A stretch of 64,000 nt of DNA from Alphaproteobacteria bacterium (GTDB taxonomy: Bacteria > Pseudomonadota > Alphaproteobacteria > SHVV01). Below are positions 10,066-20,212 of this stretch, one piece after another (the first letter of the stretch is position 1; every line of letters begins with the position of its first letter). The translations under genes were made by a program, and so were the position numbers. The notes below the pieces were generated by a model, which worked only from the letters and a program-made list of their open reading frames with translations, was not told where the DNA came from and did not search any database. Where the stretch lies: positions 864,001 to 928,000 of the forward strand of contig OZ253470.1 in NCBI GenBank assembly GCA_965261735.1, read 5' to 3'.

Positions 10066-11247
10066 ATGGGCGCGCCACGCAAGGAAATCCGGGTCGAGGG
10101 GCTGACTCCCCCGTATAGCCATTACACCGACGCCGTCCAGTGCGGCGACTTCCTGCTTCTCTCCGGTGCGGTCAGCGTCGACGGCGAAGGCACTCTCGTC
10201 GGTGCGGGCGACGCGGCCGCCCAGACGCGCGCCATCTGCGCCAGCATCGAGCAGATCCTCGCGGCCGGCGGCATGGCGGTGGCCGATATCGTTTACTGGC
10301 GCGCCCTGCTGACTGACGTGGCTGAGCGCGAGCGTGTCGACTCGGTGCGCCGCGAGTTCCTCGGCGAGACGCGGCCGGCGAGCACGCTGTTCGGGGTGCG
10401 CGGCCTGGTCGATCCCGGGCTGTTGGTGGAAATCGAGACCGTGGCTTATCGCCCGCAAGCAGGATCGCCGCGCGAGGAGGTCCGCGCCGCCGGCATGTAC
10501 GAACCCTTCGGCCACGCCGCCCACGCCGTGCGCACGGGCGATTTCCTGTGGATTTCCGGGCAGGGCCCGTTCGATGCGGACGGGGCGCTCGTGGGCGCCG
10601 GCGACATAGCCCAACAGGCGCGCCAGACGCTCGCCAACATGGAGCGCGTACTCGGCGCCGCCGGCATGGACTTCGAGGACGTGGCCAAGGTCGTGGTCTA
10701 CCTCGCGAACCCCGACGACCACGCCCTCATCAACCCGGTGCGCAAGGAGTTCTTCGGCCCCCACATGCCGGTGAGCACGCTGTTCGGCGTCCATTCCCTC
10801 CCTGCCGGTATTGGCATCGAAATCGAGGCGGTGGCCTACAAGCCGAGCGCCGGGGCGCCGCCGCGCGAGGAGATCAACGTCCCCATCCAGGACCCGCCGC
10901 TGAGCCATTACACCGACGGCGTGCGCTGCGGCGACCTTTTGTTCCTATCGGGGCAGGGGCCGTTCGACGTGAGCTTCAACCTCGCGGGCGGCGACGACGT
11001 CGCGGCTCAGGCCGTCAAGGTGCACGAGAACCTGGGCGCGGTGCTGGCGGCGGCCGGCATGGGCTTCGAGGACATGGCCAAGGTCACCGTCTATCTCTCG
11101 GACGTGGCCGAACGGCCGCTCATCAACCCGGTGCGCGAACGCTTCTTTGGCGCGCACAAACCGGCCAGCACCCTGTTCGGCGTCGGCCGGCTGGCGCTCC
11201 CTCGCATGCGTATCGAAATCGACGCCACCGCCTACCGGCCGCGCTAA
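10066..11247 (+). CDS. Protein of three tandem RidA/YjgF (Rid) domains
   Basis: Three ~130-aa repeats each with G(D)xLxxSG, (P)ASTLFGV-like and EIE/EID motifs. Confidence 0.9.
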   Translation: MGAPRKEIRVEGLTPPYSHYTDAVQCGDFLLLSGAVSVDGEGTLVGAGDAAAQTRAICASIEQILAAGGMAVADIVYWRALLTDVAERERVDSVRREFLGETRPASTLFGVRGLVDPGLLVEIETVAYRPQAGSPREEVRAAGMYEPFGHAAHAVRTGDFLWISGQGPFDADGALVGAGDIAQQARQTLANMERVLGAAGMDFEDVAKVVVYLANPDDHALINPVRKEFFGPHMPVSTLFGVHSLPAGIGIEIEAVAYKPSAGAPPREEINVPIQDPPLSHYTDGVRCGDLLFLSGQGPFDVSFNLAGGDDVAAQAVKVHENLGAVLAAAGMGFEDMAKVTVYLSDVAERPLINPVRERFFGAHKPASTLFGVGRLALPRMRIEIDATAYRPR

Positions 11248-11263
11248 CCGATAGGCCGCGCGG

Positions 11264-12031
11264 CTACAGCGCGATCGTCATGCCGCCGTCGACGACGATG
11301 ACCTGGCCGTTGATGAAGGCCGAGGCGGGCGCCGCGAGGAAGACGGCGATGCCCTCGAGGTCCTCGGGCCGGCCCCAGCGCGCCAGCGGCGTGCGCCCGC
11401 GGATGAGAGCGTCGAAGTCGGGATCGCTCTGCAACCCGACCGTCATGTCGGTGGCGAAGTAGCCCGGCGCGATAGCGTTGCAGGTGATGCCGTACGGGCC
11501 GCACTCGACCGCCAGCGTCTTGGTGAGGCCGGCCAGGGCATGCTTGGCCGCGACGTAGGGCGCGATCTGGTCGCGCGCGATGAACGACATGATGGAGGCC
11601 ATGTTGATGATGCGCCCATGCCCTTGAGCCCGCATTATCTTTACGGCCTCGCGCGCGAGGTAGAAGCAAGCCGTCAGGTCGATATCCATCACGCGCCGCC
11701 AATCCGCCGTCGGGTAGTCCGCGAAATCGTGGCGTACCGCGAAGCCCGCATTGTTGACGAGGATGTCGAGGCGGCCGAACTCATCGGCGATGGCGGCGAC
11801 GGCGGCCACCGCCGCCGCCTCATCGCCCACGTCGAACGGCCTGGCCGAGAGCGCAAGGCCCTCGCCCGCCATGGCCTCGGCAGTGGCGCGTAGGGACTCG
11901 GCGTCGCGGCCGTTGAGCACCACGTGAGCGCCGGCCCGCGCCAACGCGCCGGCAATCGCGCGCCCGAGCCCGCGCGAGGAGCCGGTGACCAGCGCCACCT
12001 GGCCCGCGAGTGAAAACAGATCATAGGCCAT
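11264..12031 (-). CDS. SDR oxidoreductase (gluconate 5-dehydrogenase-like)
   Basis: TGSSRGLG, NNAG, YVAAK, NAIAPGYFAT motifs. Confidence 0.9.
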   Translation of the reverse strand: MAYDLFSLAGQVALVTGSSRGLGRAIAGALARAGAHVVLNGRDAESLRATAEAMAGEGLALSARPFDVGDEAAAVAAVAAIADEFGRLDILVNNAGFAVRHDFADYPTADWRRVMDIDLTACFYLAREAVKIMRAQGHGRIINMASIMSFIARDQIAPYVAAKHALAGLTKTLAVECGPYGITCNAIAPGYFATDMTVGLQSDPDFDALIRGRTPLARWGRPEDLEGIAVFLAAPASAFINGQVIVVDGGMTIAL

Positions 12032-12122
12032 CGCCTGACCTTCCCTCCGGTCGCGGCGGTATTATTCCGGACCCTACCGGAACCGTGAAGCGCTTGCGCA
12101 GACGAAGATTAGACGGAGAGCG

Positions 12123-12557
12123 GTGCGAAATCAGTCCCGTTCCGTCGGGAAACGCATAACTTGTGGGGCTTGGACCGATCCCGGTGGTCCTCGCGAGGCC
12201 CTTGTCGAACGCCGCCGAAAGCGTCACAAAACTTTACACCTCCGGGGAAAGTTGCCTTGCGGCCGAAACCCAGAGAGATTACAGGAGGCGGCCGTTCCCA
12301 TCATCACGCATACCGGTAACGCGGATCCCACGACGGAGGACGGGATCGAGCGGGTGAGCAACTTCGCCGGCATGCCGACAAGCGTTACGCGGGTGGCATT
12401 TGGGGCCGGGCAATCCACCCGCACGGGCCACGGCAACTACAATCTGGTGAGCTTCGATGCCGCCCTTCCCGTCCCCGAGCCCGCCACGCTCGCGCTGTTC
12501 GGCCTAGGCCTCGCGGGGTTGCGGCTCCTGATGCGACGGCGCCGGCGGCTCGGCTAG
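12123..12557 (+). pseudogene. Degraded PEP-CTERM sorting-domain protein
   Basis: C-terminus VPEPATLALFGLGLAGLRLLMRRRRR; no signal peptide or convincing start. Confidence 0.65.
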
Positions 12558-12660
12558 CGGCCAGGCGCACCCGCGACGACCGCTTCACGTAAGGTCCGTT
12601 CCGCGGCGCACTCCCCTTTTCCTAAACCGGTAAGCGAACTATCGTAGGCCCACTCGGGGG

Positions 12661-14064
12661 GTGGGGCGCGTGATGCCGGACTTGGCTACAAGACTGCGCC
12701 GCGTGGCAATGACGGCGGCGGTGATGTCGCTGCCCGCACTGGTGGTGCTGGCCGGCCTCGTCGCGTTCGACTTTATCGGCGTGGTTCCGGCGCTCGCCGC
12801 CCTCGTCATTATCGCCGTTGGCGGCGCCCTCGTCGCCGCGCCCTACTTGTCCGAGCTTTGGCGGCTCGCCCGCTTCGCCGGCCGCGAGGCGCCCGGGGAC
12901 GCGCCCGCGCCGATCACGCGCTATCCCGAGACCACCGACATCGCGGTCGCGCTGGCACGACAGGCGAGGTCGTGGACCGGGCACGCGGAACAGGCGGCGG
13001 CGCAGGCGCGGGCCGCCGCGGAGGTGCTCGATTCGCTACCCGACCCGATCGTTCTCATCAGCCGGGAGCGCCGCATGACCCGCACCAATCGGGCGGCGCG
13101 CGATTTGCTCGGACAGGATCTCGAGGGCCAGGACCTGTCGATGGCGCTGCGCCACCCCTCACTCCTGGATGCCGCCGACGCCCTCCTCGAAGGCGGCGGC
13201 GGCGCCAACGTCGAGTTCACGCTGCCGGGCACGGTGGCGCGCGAATTCATCGGCCGGCTGCTACCGCTGGCGGGGCCCGTGGGCGGCGACGCGGCCGCCA
13301 TGCTCGCGCTCTACGATCTGACGCTCGCCAAGCGCACCGAGCAGATGCGCGCCGACTTCATCGCCAACGTGAGTCACGAGCTGCGCACCCCGCTCGCGAG
13401 CCTGACCGGATTCGTCGAGACCTTGCAGGGCGCCGCGCGCGACGACGCCGAGGCGCGGGAGCGGTTTCTCGCCATCATGCACGAGCAGGCGGCGCGCATG
13501 GGCCGGCTCGTCGAGGACCTGCTGTCGCTCTCGCGCATCGAGCTCAGCGAGTCGCTGCCGCTCGAGCAGCGCGTCGATCTCAACCGCCTGCTCGCCGACC
13601 TCGCCGCCGCGATGGAGCCCCAGGCCAAGGCAAGGGACATGGCGGTTACGCTGGCCGAGGAGGTGGCGCCGGTCGAGGTCACGGGCGACGCCGACCAGCT
13701 CTCCCAGGTGTTTCAGAACCTTCTCGACAACGCCCTGAAATACGGCCGCGAGGGGACCTCGGTCGACATCAGGGTCACGCGCCGCAATGGCGAGGCGGAT
13801 CGTCCGACGCCGGCCGGCACGGTGGCGGTCGCGGTCACCGACCACGGCCAGGGCATCGCCCGCAAGCACCTGCCGCGCCTCACCGAGCGCTTCTACCGGG
13901 TCGACGCCGCGCGCTCGCGCGCCCTTGGCGGCACCGGACTCGGGCTCGCCATCGTCAAGCACTCGCTCAACCGCCACCGCGGCGAGCTCGTCATCGATAG
14001 TGCCGAGGGTGCGGGCAGCACCTTTACGGTCGTCCTCCCCTTGGCGCCGCCCGCGGTGTCATAA
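12661..14064 (+). CDS. phoR: Phosphate regulon sensor kinase PhoR
   Basis: TM + PAS + ANVSHELRTPL, NLLDNALKY, RLTERFYRVD, GGTGLGL; precedes pst operon; exact start uncertain. Confidence 0.92.
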   Translation: MGRVMPDLATRLRRVAMTAAVMSLPALVVLAGLVAFDFIGVVPALAALVIIAVGGALVAAPYLSELWRLARFAGREAPGDAPAPITRYPETTDIAVALARQARSWTGHAEQAAAQARAAAEVLDSLPDPIVLISRERRMTRTNRAARDLLGQDLEGQDLSMALRHPSLLDAADALLEGGGGANVEFTLPGTVAREFIGRLLPLAGPVGGDAAAMLALYDLTLAKRTEQMRADFIANVSHELRTPLASLTGFVETLQGAARDDAEARERFLAIMHEQAARMGRLVEDLLSLSRIELSESLPLEQRVDLNRLLADLAAAMEPQAKARDMAVTLAEEVAPVEVTGDADQLSQVFQNLLDNALKYGREGTSVDIRVTRRNGEADRPTPAGTVAVAVTDHGQGIARKHLPRLTERFYRVDAARSRALGGTGLGLAIVKHSLNRHRGELVIDSAEGAGSTFTVVLPLAPPAVS

Positions 14065-14073
14065 AAGAGTCAC
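14056..14073 (+). promoter_or_regulatory. Pho box upstream of pstS
   Basis: GTGTCAT-AAAA-GAGTCAC resembles CTGTCAT-N4-CTGTCAY with 11-bp period; overlaps phoR stop. Confidence 0.75.
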
Positions 14074-14134
14074 GGACCCGCTTTAGTCTGCCCTGGCGTC
14101 GGCCGTCGGCGCCATACCCGGGGAGACCATTTCC

Positions 14135-15169
14135 GTGAACTCAAGAACCGTCGTCCTCGTTGCTCTGTTCGCGGCCCTCCTCGCCGGCCCCGCGGCGGCC
14201 CGTGACCAGATCCGCATTGTCGGCTCCTCAACCCTTTATCCCTTCGTCACGGCCGTCGCCGAACAGTTCGGCAAGACCAGCCGCTTCAAGACCCCGATCG
14301 TGGAGAGCACCGGCACTGGCGGCGGCCTCAAGTTGTTCTGCGGCGGCGTCGGCGTGCGGCATGCCGATATCGCCAACGCCTCGCGCCGCATCAAGAGGAG
14401 CGAGGTTGCGGCCTGCGCAAAGCGCGGCGTCGATGCGATCACCGAGCTGCAAATCGGCTTCGACGGCATCGTCCTCGCCAACTCCCGGACCGCGCCACAG
14501 CTCGCGCTGACGCTGGCGCAGCTGTTCCTCGCGCTCGCCAAGGACGTGCCCAGCGAGGGCGCGCTCATCGCCAATCCCTACCGCAGGTGGAGCGACATCG
14601 ACCCCTCGCTGCCCGACGTGAAGATCGAGGTGCTGGGGCCGCCGCCGACGTCGGGCACCCGCGATGCCTTCGTCGAGCTCGCCATGGCCGGCGGCGCCGC
14701 GCACATCCCCGACCTCGCCGCTCTCGCCAAAAAGGACAAGACGGCCTTTCAAGCGATCGCCCACGCGATCCGCGAGGACGGCGCTTATGTCGAGGCCGGC
14801 GAGAACGACAACCTGATCGTGCAGAAGCTGGGCGCCAACGGGGATGCGTTCGGCATCTTCGGCTTCAGCTTCCTCGACCAGAACGGCGATCGCCTGCGAG
14901 GTAGCCTGATCGACGGCGTCGAACCGACCTTCGAGGCGATCGCCGAGGGGCGCTATCCGATATCGCGGGCGCTCTACGTGTACGTCAAGAGCGCCCACGT
15001 CGGGGTCGTTCCCGGGATCGAGGACTTCCTCGCCGAACTCGCCAGCGAGGGCGCGAGCGGCGAAGACGGGTACCTCTCGGACAAGGGTCTCATCCCGCTG
15101 GCCGATGGCGAGCGGGCGCGCATGCGGGCCGCCGCGGTCGGCCTGGCGCCGCTGGTCCTTGAGCCGTAG
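14135..15169 (+). CDS. pstS: Phosphate ABC substrate-binding protein
   Basis: ARDQIRIVGSSTLYPF, ESTGTGGG, GPPPTSGTRDAF. Confidence 0.95.
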   Translation: MNSRTVVLVALFAALLAGPAAARDQIRIVGSSTLYPFVTAVAEQFGKTSRFKTPIVESTGTGGGLKLFCGGVGVRHADIANASRRIKRSEVAACAKRGVDAITELQIGFDGIVLANSRTAPQLALTLAQLFLALAKDVPSEGALIANPYRRWSDIDPSLPDVKIEVLGPPPTSGTRDAFVELAMAGGAAHIPDLAALAKKDKTAFQAIAHAIREDGAYVEAGENDNLIVQKLGANGDAFGIFGFSFLDQNGDRLRGSLIDGVEPTFEAIAEGRYPISRALYVYVKSAHVGVVPGIEDFLAELASEGASGEDGYLSDKGLIPLADGERARMRAAAVGLAPLVLEP

Positions 15170-15211
15170 GCGCATGCGCCGGCCCCCCGCGGCGCAGCGG
15201 ACGCCGCGGCG

Positions 15212-16594
15212 ATGAGCTTCGCCGCCATCGCTACCGCGCTGCTCGTCCTCGCGGGCGCCGGTTACGTCGCCGGGCGGCGCCACGCGGTCGCCTCCGCCGC
15301 CGCGCTCGACCAGCGGCTACCCTCGCTCGCGCGCCACTACGGCTATTGGCTCGCGCTGTGGGTCGCACTACCGAGCTTCGCGGTTCTCGCGCTGTGGCTC
15401 ATCGCCGGGCCGCGCCTCATCGACTGGCTCGTTCTCGCCGGCCTGCCCCCGGCGCTCGCCGAGTTACCACCGGAGCGCCTGGCCCTGCTGATGGGCGAGA
15501 TCAAAGCTTTGGCCGCCGGGCAGGTGGTGGCGGGAGCGGTGGACACCGCCGTGCGCGAGGCCGCTGGGCACTATGCGGGCCTACGGCGGACGACCGGCGG
15601 CGTCATCAGCGCCCTCGCACTGGCCATGGCCGTGGCGGCGCTCGTGTGGGCGCGCCGCCACATCACGCCGGCCCTACGGGCCCGCCATCAGGTCGAGGCG
15701 ATCCTGCGCTACGCCCTCCTTGCCTGCTCGGTCATCGCGGTCCTCGTCACCCTCGGCATCGTGCTCTCGCTCCTCTTCGAGGCCGTGCGCTTCTTCCGGC
15801 TGGTGCCGCTCGACGATTTCCTGTTTGGCCTGACCTGGAGCCCCCAGACCGCGATACGAGCCGATCAGGTGGCGAGCGCCGGCGCCTTCGGCGCGATACC
15901 CGTGTTCACGGGCACGCTGCTGATCACCTTCATCGCCATGCTCGTGGCAGTACCGATCGGGCTGTTTTCGGCGATCTACATGGTCGAGTACGCCTCACCC
16001 CGGGTGCGCGCGATCGCCAAGCCTGTGATCGAAATCCTCGCCGGCGTGCCGACCGTGGCCTACGGCGCCTTGGCCGCCCTTACGGTCGCCCCCGCCCTGC
16101 GCGACCTCGGCCGCGCCCTCGGCCTCGACGTCGCCTCGGAGAGCGCGCTCGCCACGGGCGTGGTGATGGGCGTCATGATCATTCCCTTCATGTCGTCGCT
16201 CTCTGACGACGTGATGAATGCGGTGCCGCAATCCTTGCGGGACGGCGCGCTGGCGCTGGGCGCGACGCGGTCCGAGACGGTTCGCCAGGTGATTATTCCG
16301 GCCGCGCTGCCCGGCATCATGGGCGCCTTTCTGTTGTCGATATCGCGCGCCATCGGCGAGACGATGATCGTGGTGATGGCGGCTGGGCTCGCGGCTCGCC
16401 TCACGGCCAACCCGCTCGAGGCGGTGACCACGGTGACCGTGCAGATCGTGACGCTGCTCGTCGGCGACCAGGAGTTCGACAGCGCCAAGACACTGGCCGC
16501 ATTCGCCCTTGGGCTAGCGTTGTTCATCCTCACCCTCGGGCTCAATGTCGTCGCCCTGATGATCGTCAACCGCTACCGCGAGAAGTACGAATGA
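15212..16594 (+). CDS. pstC: Phosphate ABC permease
   Basis: WSPQTAIRADQV, EILAGVPTV, SRAIGETMIV, YREKYE end. Confidence 0.95.
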   Translation: MSFAAIATALLVLAGAGYVAGRRHAVASAAALDQRLPSLARHYGYWLALWVALPSFAVLALWLIAGPRLIDWLVLAGLPPALAELPPERLALLMGEIKALAAGQVVAGAVDTAVREAAGHYAGLRRTTGGVISALALAMAVAALVWARRHITPALRARHQVEAILRYALLACSVIAVLVTLGIVLSLLFEAVRFFRLVPLDDFLFGLTWSPQTAIRADQVASAGAFGAIPVFTGTLLITFIAMLVAVPIGLFSAIYMVEYASPRVRAIAKPVIEILAGVPTVAYGALAALTVAPALRDLGRALGLDVASESALATGVVMGVMIIPFMSSLSDDVMNAVPQSLRDGALALGATRSETVRQVIIPAALPGIMGAFLLSISRAIGETMIVVMAAGLAARLTANPLEAVTTVTVQIVTLLVGDQEFDSAKTLAAFALGLALFILTLGLNVVALMIVNRYREKYE

Positions 16595-16601
16595 GCGCCC
16601 C

Positions 16602-17924
16602 ATGACGGTGCGCGCCGACACGGGCTCCGCCGCGGCCGCCTCCCTTTCCGATCATCGCTCGGATGCGGCGCGCGCCCGCCTGCGCCGGCGCCACGCCGCC
16701 GAGCGGCGCTTTCGCCTCTACGGCCTGGCCGCTCTGCTCGCGGCCCTGTCCGCTCTCGCATTCCTCTTCGTCAACGTCGCCGTCCACGGCTACACGGCGT
16801 TCCTCGCAACCGAGATCCGCCTTTCCGTCGAGCTCGCCCCGGAAGTCATCGACCCCGACGGCGCGCGCGATGCGGAAACGCTCGCGCGCGCCAACTACCG
16901 TCGTGTGGTGCACGATGCGCTGAGGGCCCGCTTCCCGGAGGTATCAGGCCGCGCGCCGCGCCGGGCGCTAGCGCGCCTGGTGAGCTCGGGCGCCGACCTC
17001 GCGGTCCGCGACGCGGTGCTGGCGAACCCCGACCTCATCGGCACCACGGTCGAATTTTGGGTGCCTGCGGACGACGACATCGACATGCTCCAGAAAGGCC
17101 GCATCGACCGCGACGCGCCGGAATCGGAGCGCCGCGTGAACGACCGCGCCCTCGCCTGGGTTGATTCGCTCGATGCCGGCGGCGACATCCGAACCTCCTT
17201 TAACACCCGCTTCCTCACCGCGGGCGACTCGCGCGAGCCCGAGCTCGCCGGCATCCGCGGGGCGCTCACCGGTTCGCTCCTGACCCTTTTCGTGACCCTG
17301 TTGATCTCATTCCCGATCGCCGTAGGGGCGGCGGTCTACCTCGAGGAGTTTGCGCCGCGCAACCGCTGGACCACCCTCATTGAGGTCAATATCAACAATC
17401 TCGCGGCCGTACCCTCGATCGTCTTCGGGCTGCTCGGGCTGGCGGTGTTCCTCAATGTGTTCGGGCTGCCGCGCTCGGCCCCCCTCGTCGGTGGCATGAC
17501 GCTGGCGCTGATGACGCTGCCGACGATCATCATCGCCGGGCGCGCGGCACTGCTCGCGGTGCCGCCTTCGATTCGCGAGGCGGCGCTGGGCATTGGCGCC
17601 TCGCCCATGCAGGTGGTTGCGCACCACGTGCTGCCGCTGGCGATGCCCGGCATCCTCACCGGTACCATCATCGGCCTCGCCCGCGCGCTCGGCGAAACGG
17701 CACCACTCCTCATGATCGGCATGGTCGCGTTCATCGTCGACGTCCCGCACAGCCTGACCGACCCGGCGACCGTGCTGCCGGTTCAAATCTACCTGTGGGC
17801 CGACAGCCCCGAACGGGGCTTTCTCGAGAAGACATGGGCGGCGATACTGGTGCTGCTGGTCTTTCTCGTCGCCATGAACGCACTCGCGGTGGTGCTGCGC
17901 CGCCGCTTCGAGCGACGCTGGTAG
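16602..17924 (+). CDS. pstA: Phosphate ABC permease
   Basis: [38 protein letters not shown] end. Confidence 0.95.
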   Translation: MTVRADTGSAAAASLSDHRSDAARARLRRRHAAERRFRLYGLAALLAALSALAFLFVNVAVHGYTAFLATEIRLSVELAPEVIDPDGARDAETLARANYRRVVHDALRARFPEVSGRAPRRALARLVSSGADLAVRDAVLANPDLIGTTVEFWVPADDDIDMLQKGRIDRDAPESERRVNDRALAWVDSLDAGGDIRTSFNTRFLTAGDSREPELAGIRGALTGSLLTLFVTLLISFPIAVGAAVYLEEFAPRNRWTTLIEVNINNLAAVPSIVFGLLGLAVFLNVFGLPRSAPLVGGMTLALMTLPTIIIAGRAALLAVPPSIREAALGIGASPMQVVAHHVLPLAMPGILTGTIIGLARALGETAPLLMIGMVAFIVDVPHSLTDPATVLPVQIYLWADSPERGFLEKTWAAILVLLVFLVAMNALAVVLRRRFERRW

Positions 17925-17935
17925 GGGTGAGGGCG

Positions 17936-18745
17936 ATGGCGCCCATCGGATCGCACGGCGACACCGCCGCCCAGACGCCGGCCAACGGAGCGCCCAAGAT
18001 GGCGGTCGAGCGGCTCAACGTCTTCTACGGCGACATTCAGGCACTCGTGGACGTTACGCTGGACATTGGCCGCAACCAGGTGATCGCGTTGATCGGACCG
18101 TCGGGCTGCGGCAAGTCGACCTTCCTGCGCTGCCTCAATCGGATGAACGACACCATACCGAACTGCCACATCGAGGGTCGGGTGACGCTGGACGGCGAGA
18201 ACATCTATGCCGGATCGGTCGACGTCGTACAGCTCAGGGCCCGCGTCGGCATGGTGTTTCAGAAACCCAACCCCTTCCCGAAATCCATTTACGACAACGT
18301 CGCCTACGGGCCGCGCATCCACGGCCTCGCCGAGAGCCGCGAGGCGCTCGACGAAATCGTGGCCACGAGCCTCGAGAAGGCGGGCCTGTGGACCGAGGTT
18401 CGCGACCGACTGAGCGAGCCCGGCACCAACGTCTCGGGCGGCCAGCAACAGCGCCTGTGCATCGCCCGCGCCATCGCCGTCAATCCCGACGTAATTCTCA
18501 TGGACGAGCCGTGCTCGGCGCTCGACCCGATCGCGACTGCGCGCATCGAGGAGTTAATGGACGAGCTGAAGGTCAATTACACGATCGTCATCGTCACACA
18601 CTCGATGCAGCAGGCGGCGCGCGTGTCCCAGCGCGCTGCGTTCTTCCATCTCGGCGAACTCGTCGAACAGGACGACACCACAAAACTGTTCACCGCGCCG
18701 ACGGACGAGCGTACCAAGGGATACATTACAGGCCGTTTCGGCTGA
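17936..18745 (+). CDS. pstB: Phosphate ABC ATPase
   Basis: [40 protein letters not shown]. Confidence 0.96.
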   Translation: MAPIGSHGDTAAQTPANGAPKMAVERLNVFYGDIQALVDVTLDIGRNQVIALIGPSGCGKSTFLRCLNRMNDTIPNCHIEGRVTLDGENIYAGSVDVVQLRARVGMVFQKPNPFPKSIYDNVAYGPRIHGLAESREALDEIVATSLEKAGLWTEVRDRLSEPGTNVSGGQQQRLCIARAIAVNPDVILMDEPCSALDPIATARIEELMDELKVNYTIVIVTHSMQQAARVSQRAAFFHLGELVEQDDTTKLFTAPTDERTKGYITGRFG

Positions 18746-18769
18746 TGCGAGCGAGGTAAGGGCGGCGCC

Positions 18770-19510
18770 ATGGACCGCGGACACATCGTCAAGTCGTTCG
18801 ACGACGAGATCGACGCCCTGCGCAGTCGCATCGTGGAAATGGGCGGTTTCGCTGAGGCCCAGCTCGCCGCTGCGCTCGACGCGATGGCCCGGCGCGACCC
18901 CGACCTCGCGGCCCGTGTGGTCGCCGAGGACGCCAAGGTCGACGCCATCGAGCGGGAGGTCGACGAGACCGCCGTCGAGCTCCTGGCCTTGCGTCAGCCG
19001 ATGGCCGACGACCTGCGCGAAGTGTTGTCCGCGCTCAAGATTTCCGGCGTGCTCGAGCGCATCGCCGACTATGCCGCCAACGTCGCCAAGCGGGTCGGCG
19101 CGCTCAGCCAGGTGCCACCGGTAGCGCCGGGGCGTTCGATTCCCCGCATGGGCCGGCTCGTCGGGCAGATGATCAAGGACGTGCTCGACGCCTACATCCA
19201 GCGCGACGCCGACAAGGCCGTCGCCGTGTGGCACCGCGACGCCGAGGTCGATCAGTTCTACGACAGCCTGTTCCGCGAGCTGCTGACCTACATGATGGAG
19301 GATCCGCGCAACATCACGCCGTGCACCCACCTGCTCTTCGTCGCCAAGAACATCGAGCGCATGGGCGACCACACGACCAACATCGCCGAGATGATCCATT
19401 TCCTCGTCCACGGCCGACCACTCACGGAAGAGCGGCCCAAGGCCGATACCACGGCCTCCGCTGTGCTCGAGCCGCCGGGGTCGCGCGCCGGCGACGAGGC
19501 GGAGGGGTGA
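18770..19510 (+). CDS. phoU: Phosphate signalling protein PhoU
   Basis: LRQPMADDLR, LERIADYA, NIERMGDHTTNIAE. Confidence 0.96.
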   Translation: MDRGHIVKSFDDEIDALRSRIVEMGGFAEAQLAAALDAMARRDPDLAARVVAEDAKVDAIEREVDETAVELLALRQPMADDLREVLSALKISGVLERIADYAANVAKRVGALSQVPPVAPGRSIPRMGRLVGQMIKDVLDAYIQRDADKAVAVWHRDAEVDQFYDSLFRELLTYMMEDPRNITPCTHLLFVAKNIERMGDHTTNIAEMIHFLVHGRPLTEERPKADTTASAVLEPPGSRAGDEAEG

Positions 19511-20199
19511 AGCCGCTGATCCTCGTCGCCGAGGACGAGGCCGCGCTCGCCGAGATGTTGCGCTACAACCTCGAGGGCGCGGGCTTTCGCGTCGCCGAGG
19601 CGGGCGATGGCGAACAGGTGCTGCTCGCCGTGGCCGAGGAGCAACCCGACCTCATTCTGCTCGACTGGATGCTGCCGCGCGTCTCAGGCATCGAGATCTG
19701 CCGCCGGCTGCGACGGCGCGATGAGACGCGCGACGTGCCGATCCTCATGGTGACGGCGCGGGCCGAGGAGCGCGACCGCGTGCGCGGGCTGGAAACCGGC
19801 GCCGATGACTACATCACCAAGCCGTTCTCGCCCAGCGAGCTGCTCGCCCGGGTGCGCGCCGTGCTGCGCCGCAGCCGCCCGGCGCTCGGTGCGAGCGCGC
19901 TGGCGCACGGCGATTTGGTCATGGACCTCGAGCGTCACCGCGTGGCGCGCGCACGCCGCGAGGTCAGGCTCGGCCCGACGGAGTTCCGCCTGTTGCGCCA
20001 TCTGCTCGAGAGCCCGGGCCGGGTTTATTCGCGCGGCCAGCTGCTCGATGCCGTGTGGGGGCGCGATGCCGATGTCGAGGAGCGCACCGTCGACGTCCAA
20101 GTCCGCAGGCTGCGCCGGGCTCTGAACGAGGGCGGCGAGGCGGACCTCATCCGCACGGTGCGCGGTACGGGCTACGCGCTCGCGCCCGCCTCCGCTTGA
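19507..20199 (+). CDS. phoB: Response regulator PhoB
   Basis: GTGA overlap with phoU; LLDWMLP, GADDYITKPFS, LGPTEFRLL, IRTVRG. Confidence 0.95.
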   Translation: MKPLILVAEDEAALAEMLRYNLEGAGFRVAEAGDGEQVLLAVAEEQPDLILLDWMLPRVSGIEICRRLRRRDETRDVPILMVTARAEERDRVRGLETGADDYITKPFSPSELLARVRAVLRRSRPALGASALAHGDLVMDLERHRVARARREVRLGPTEFRLLRHLLESPGRVYSRGQLLDAVWGRDADVEERTVDVQVRRLRRALNEGGEADLIRTVRGTGYALAPASA

Positions 20200-20212
20200 C
20201 TCGGGCGAACGA

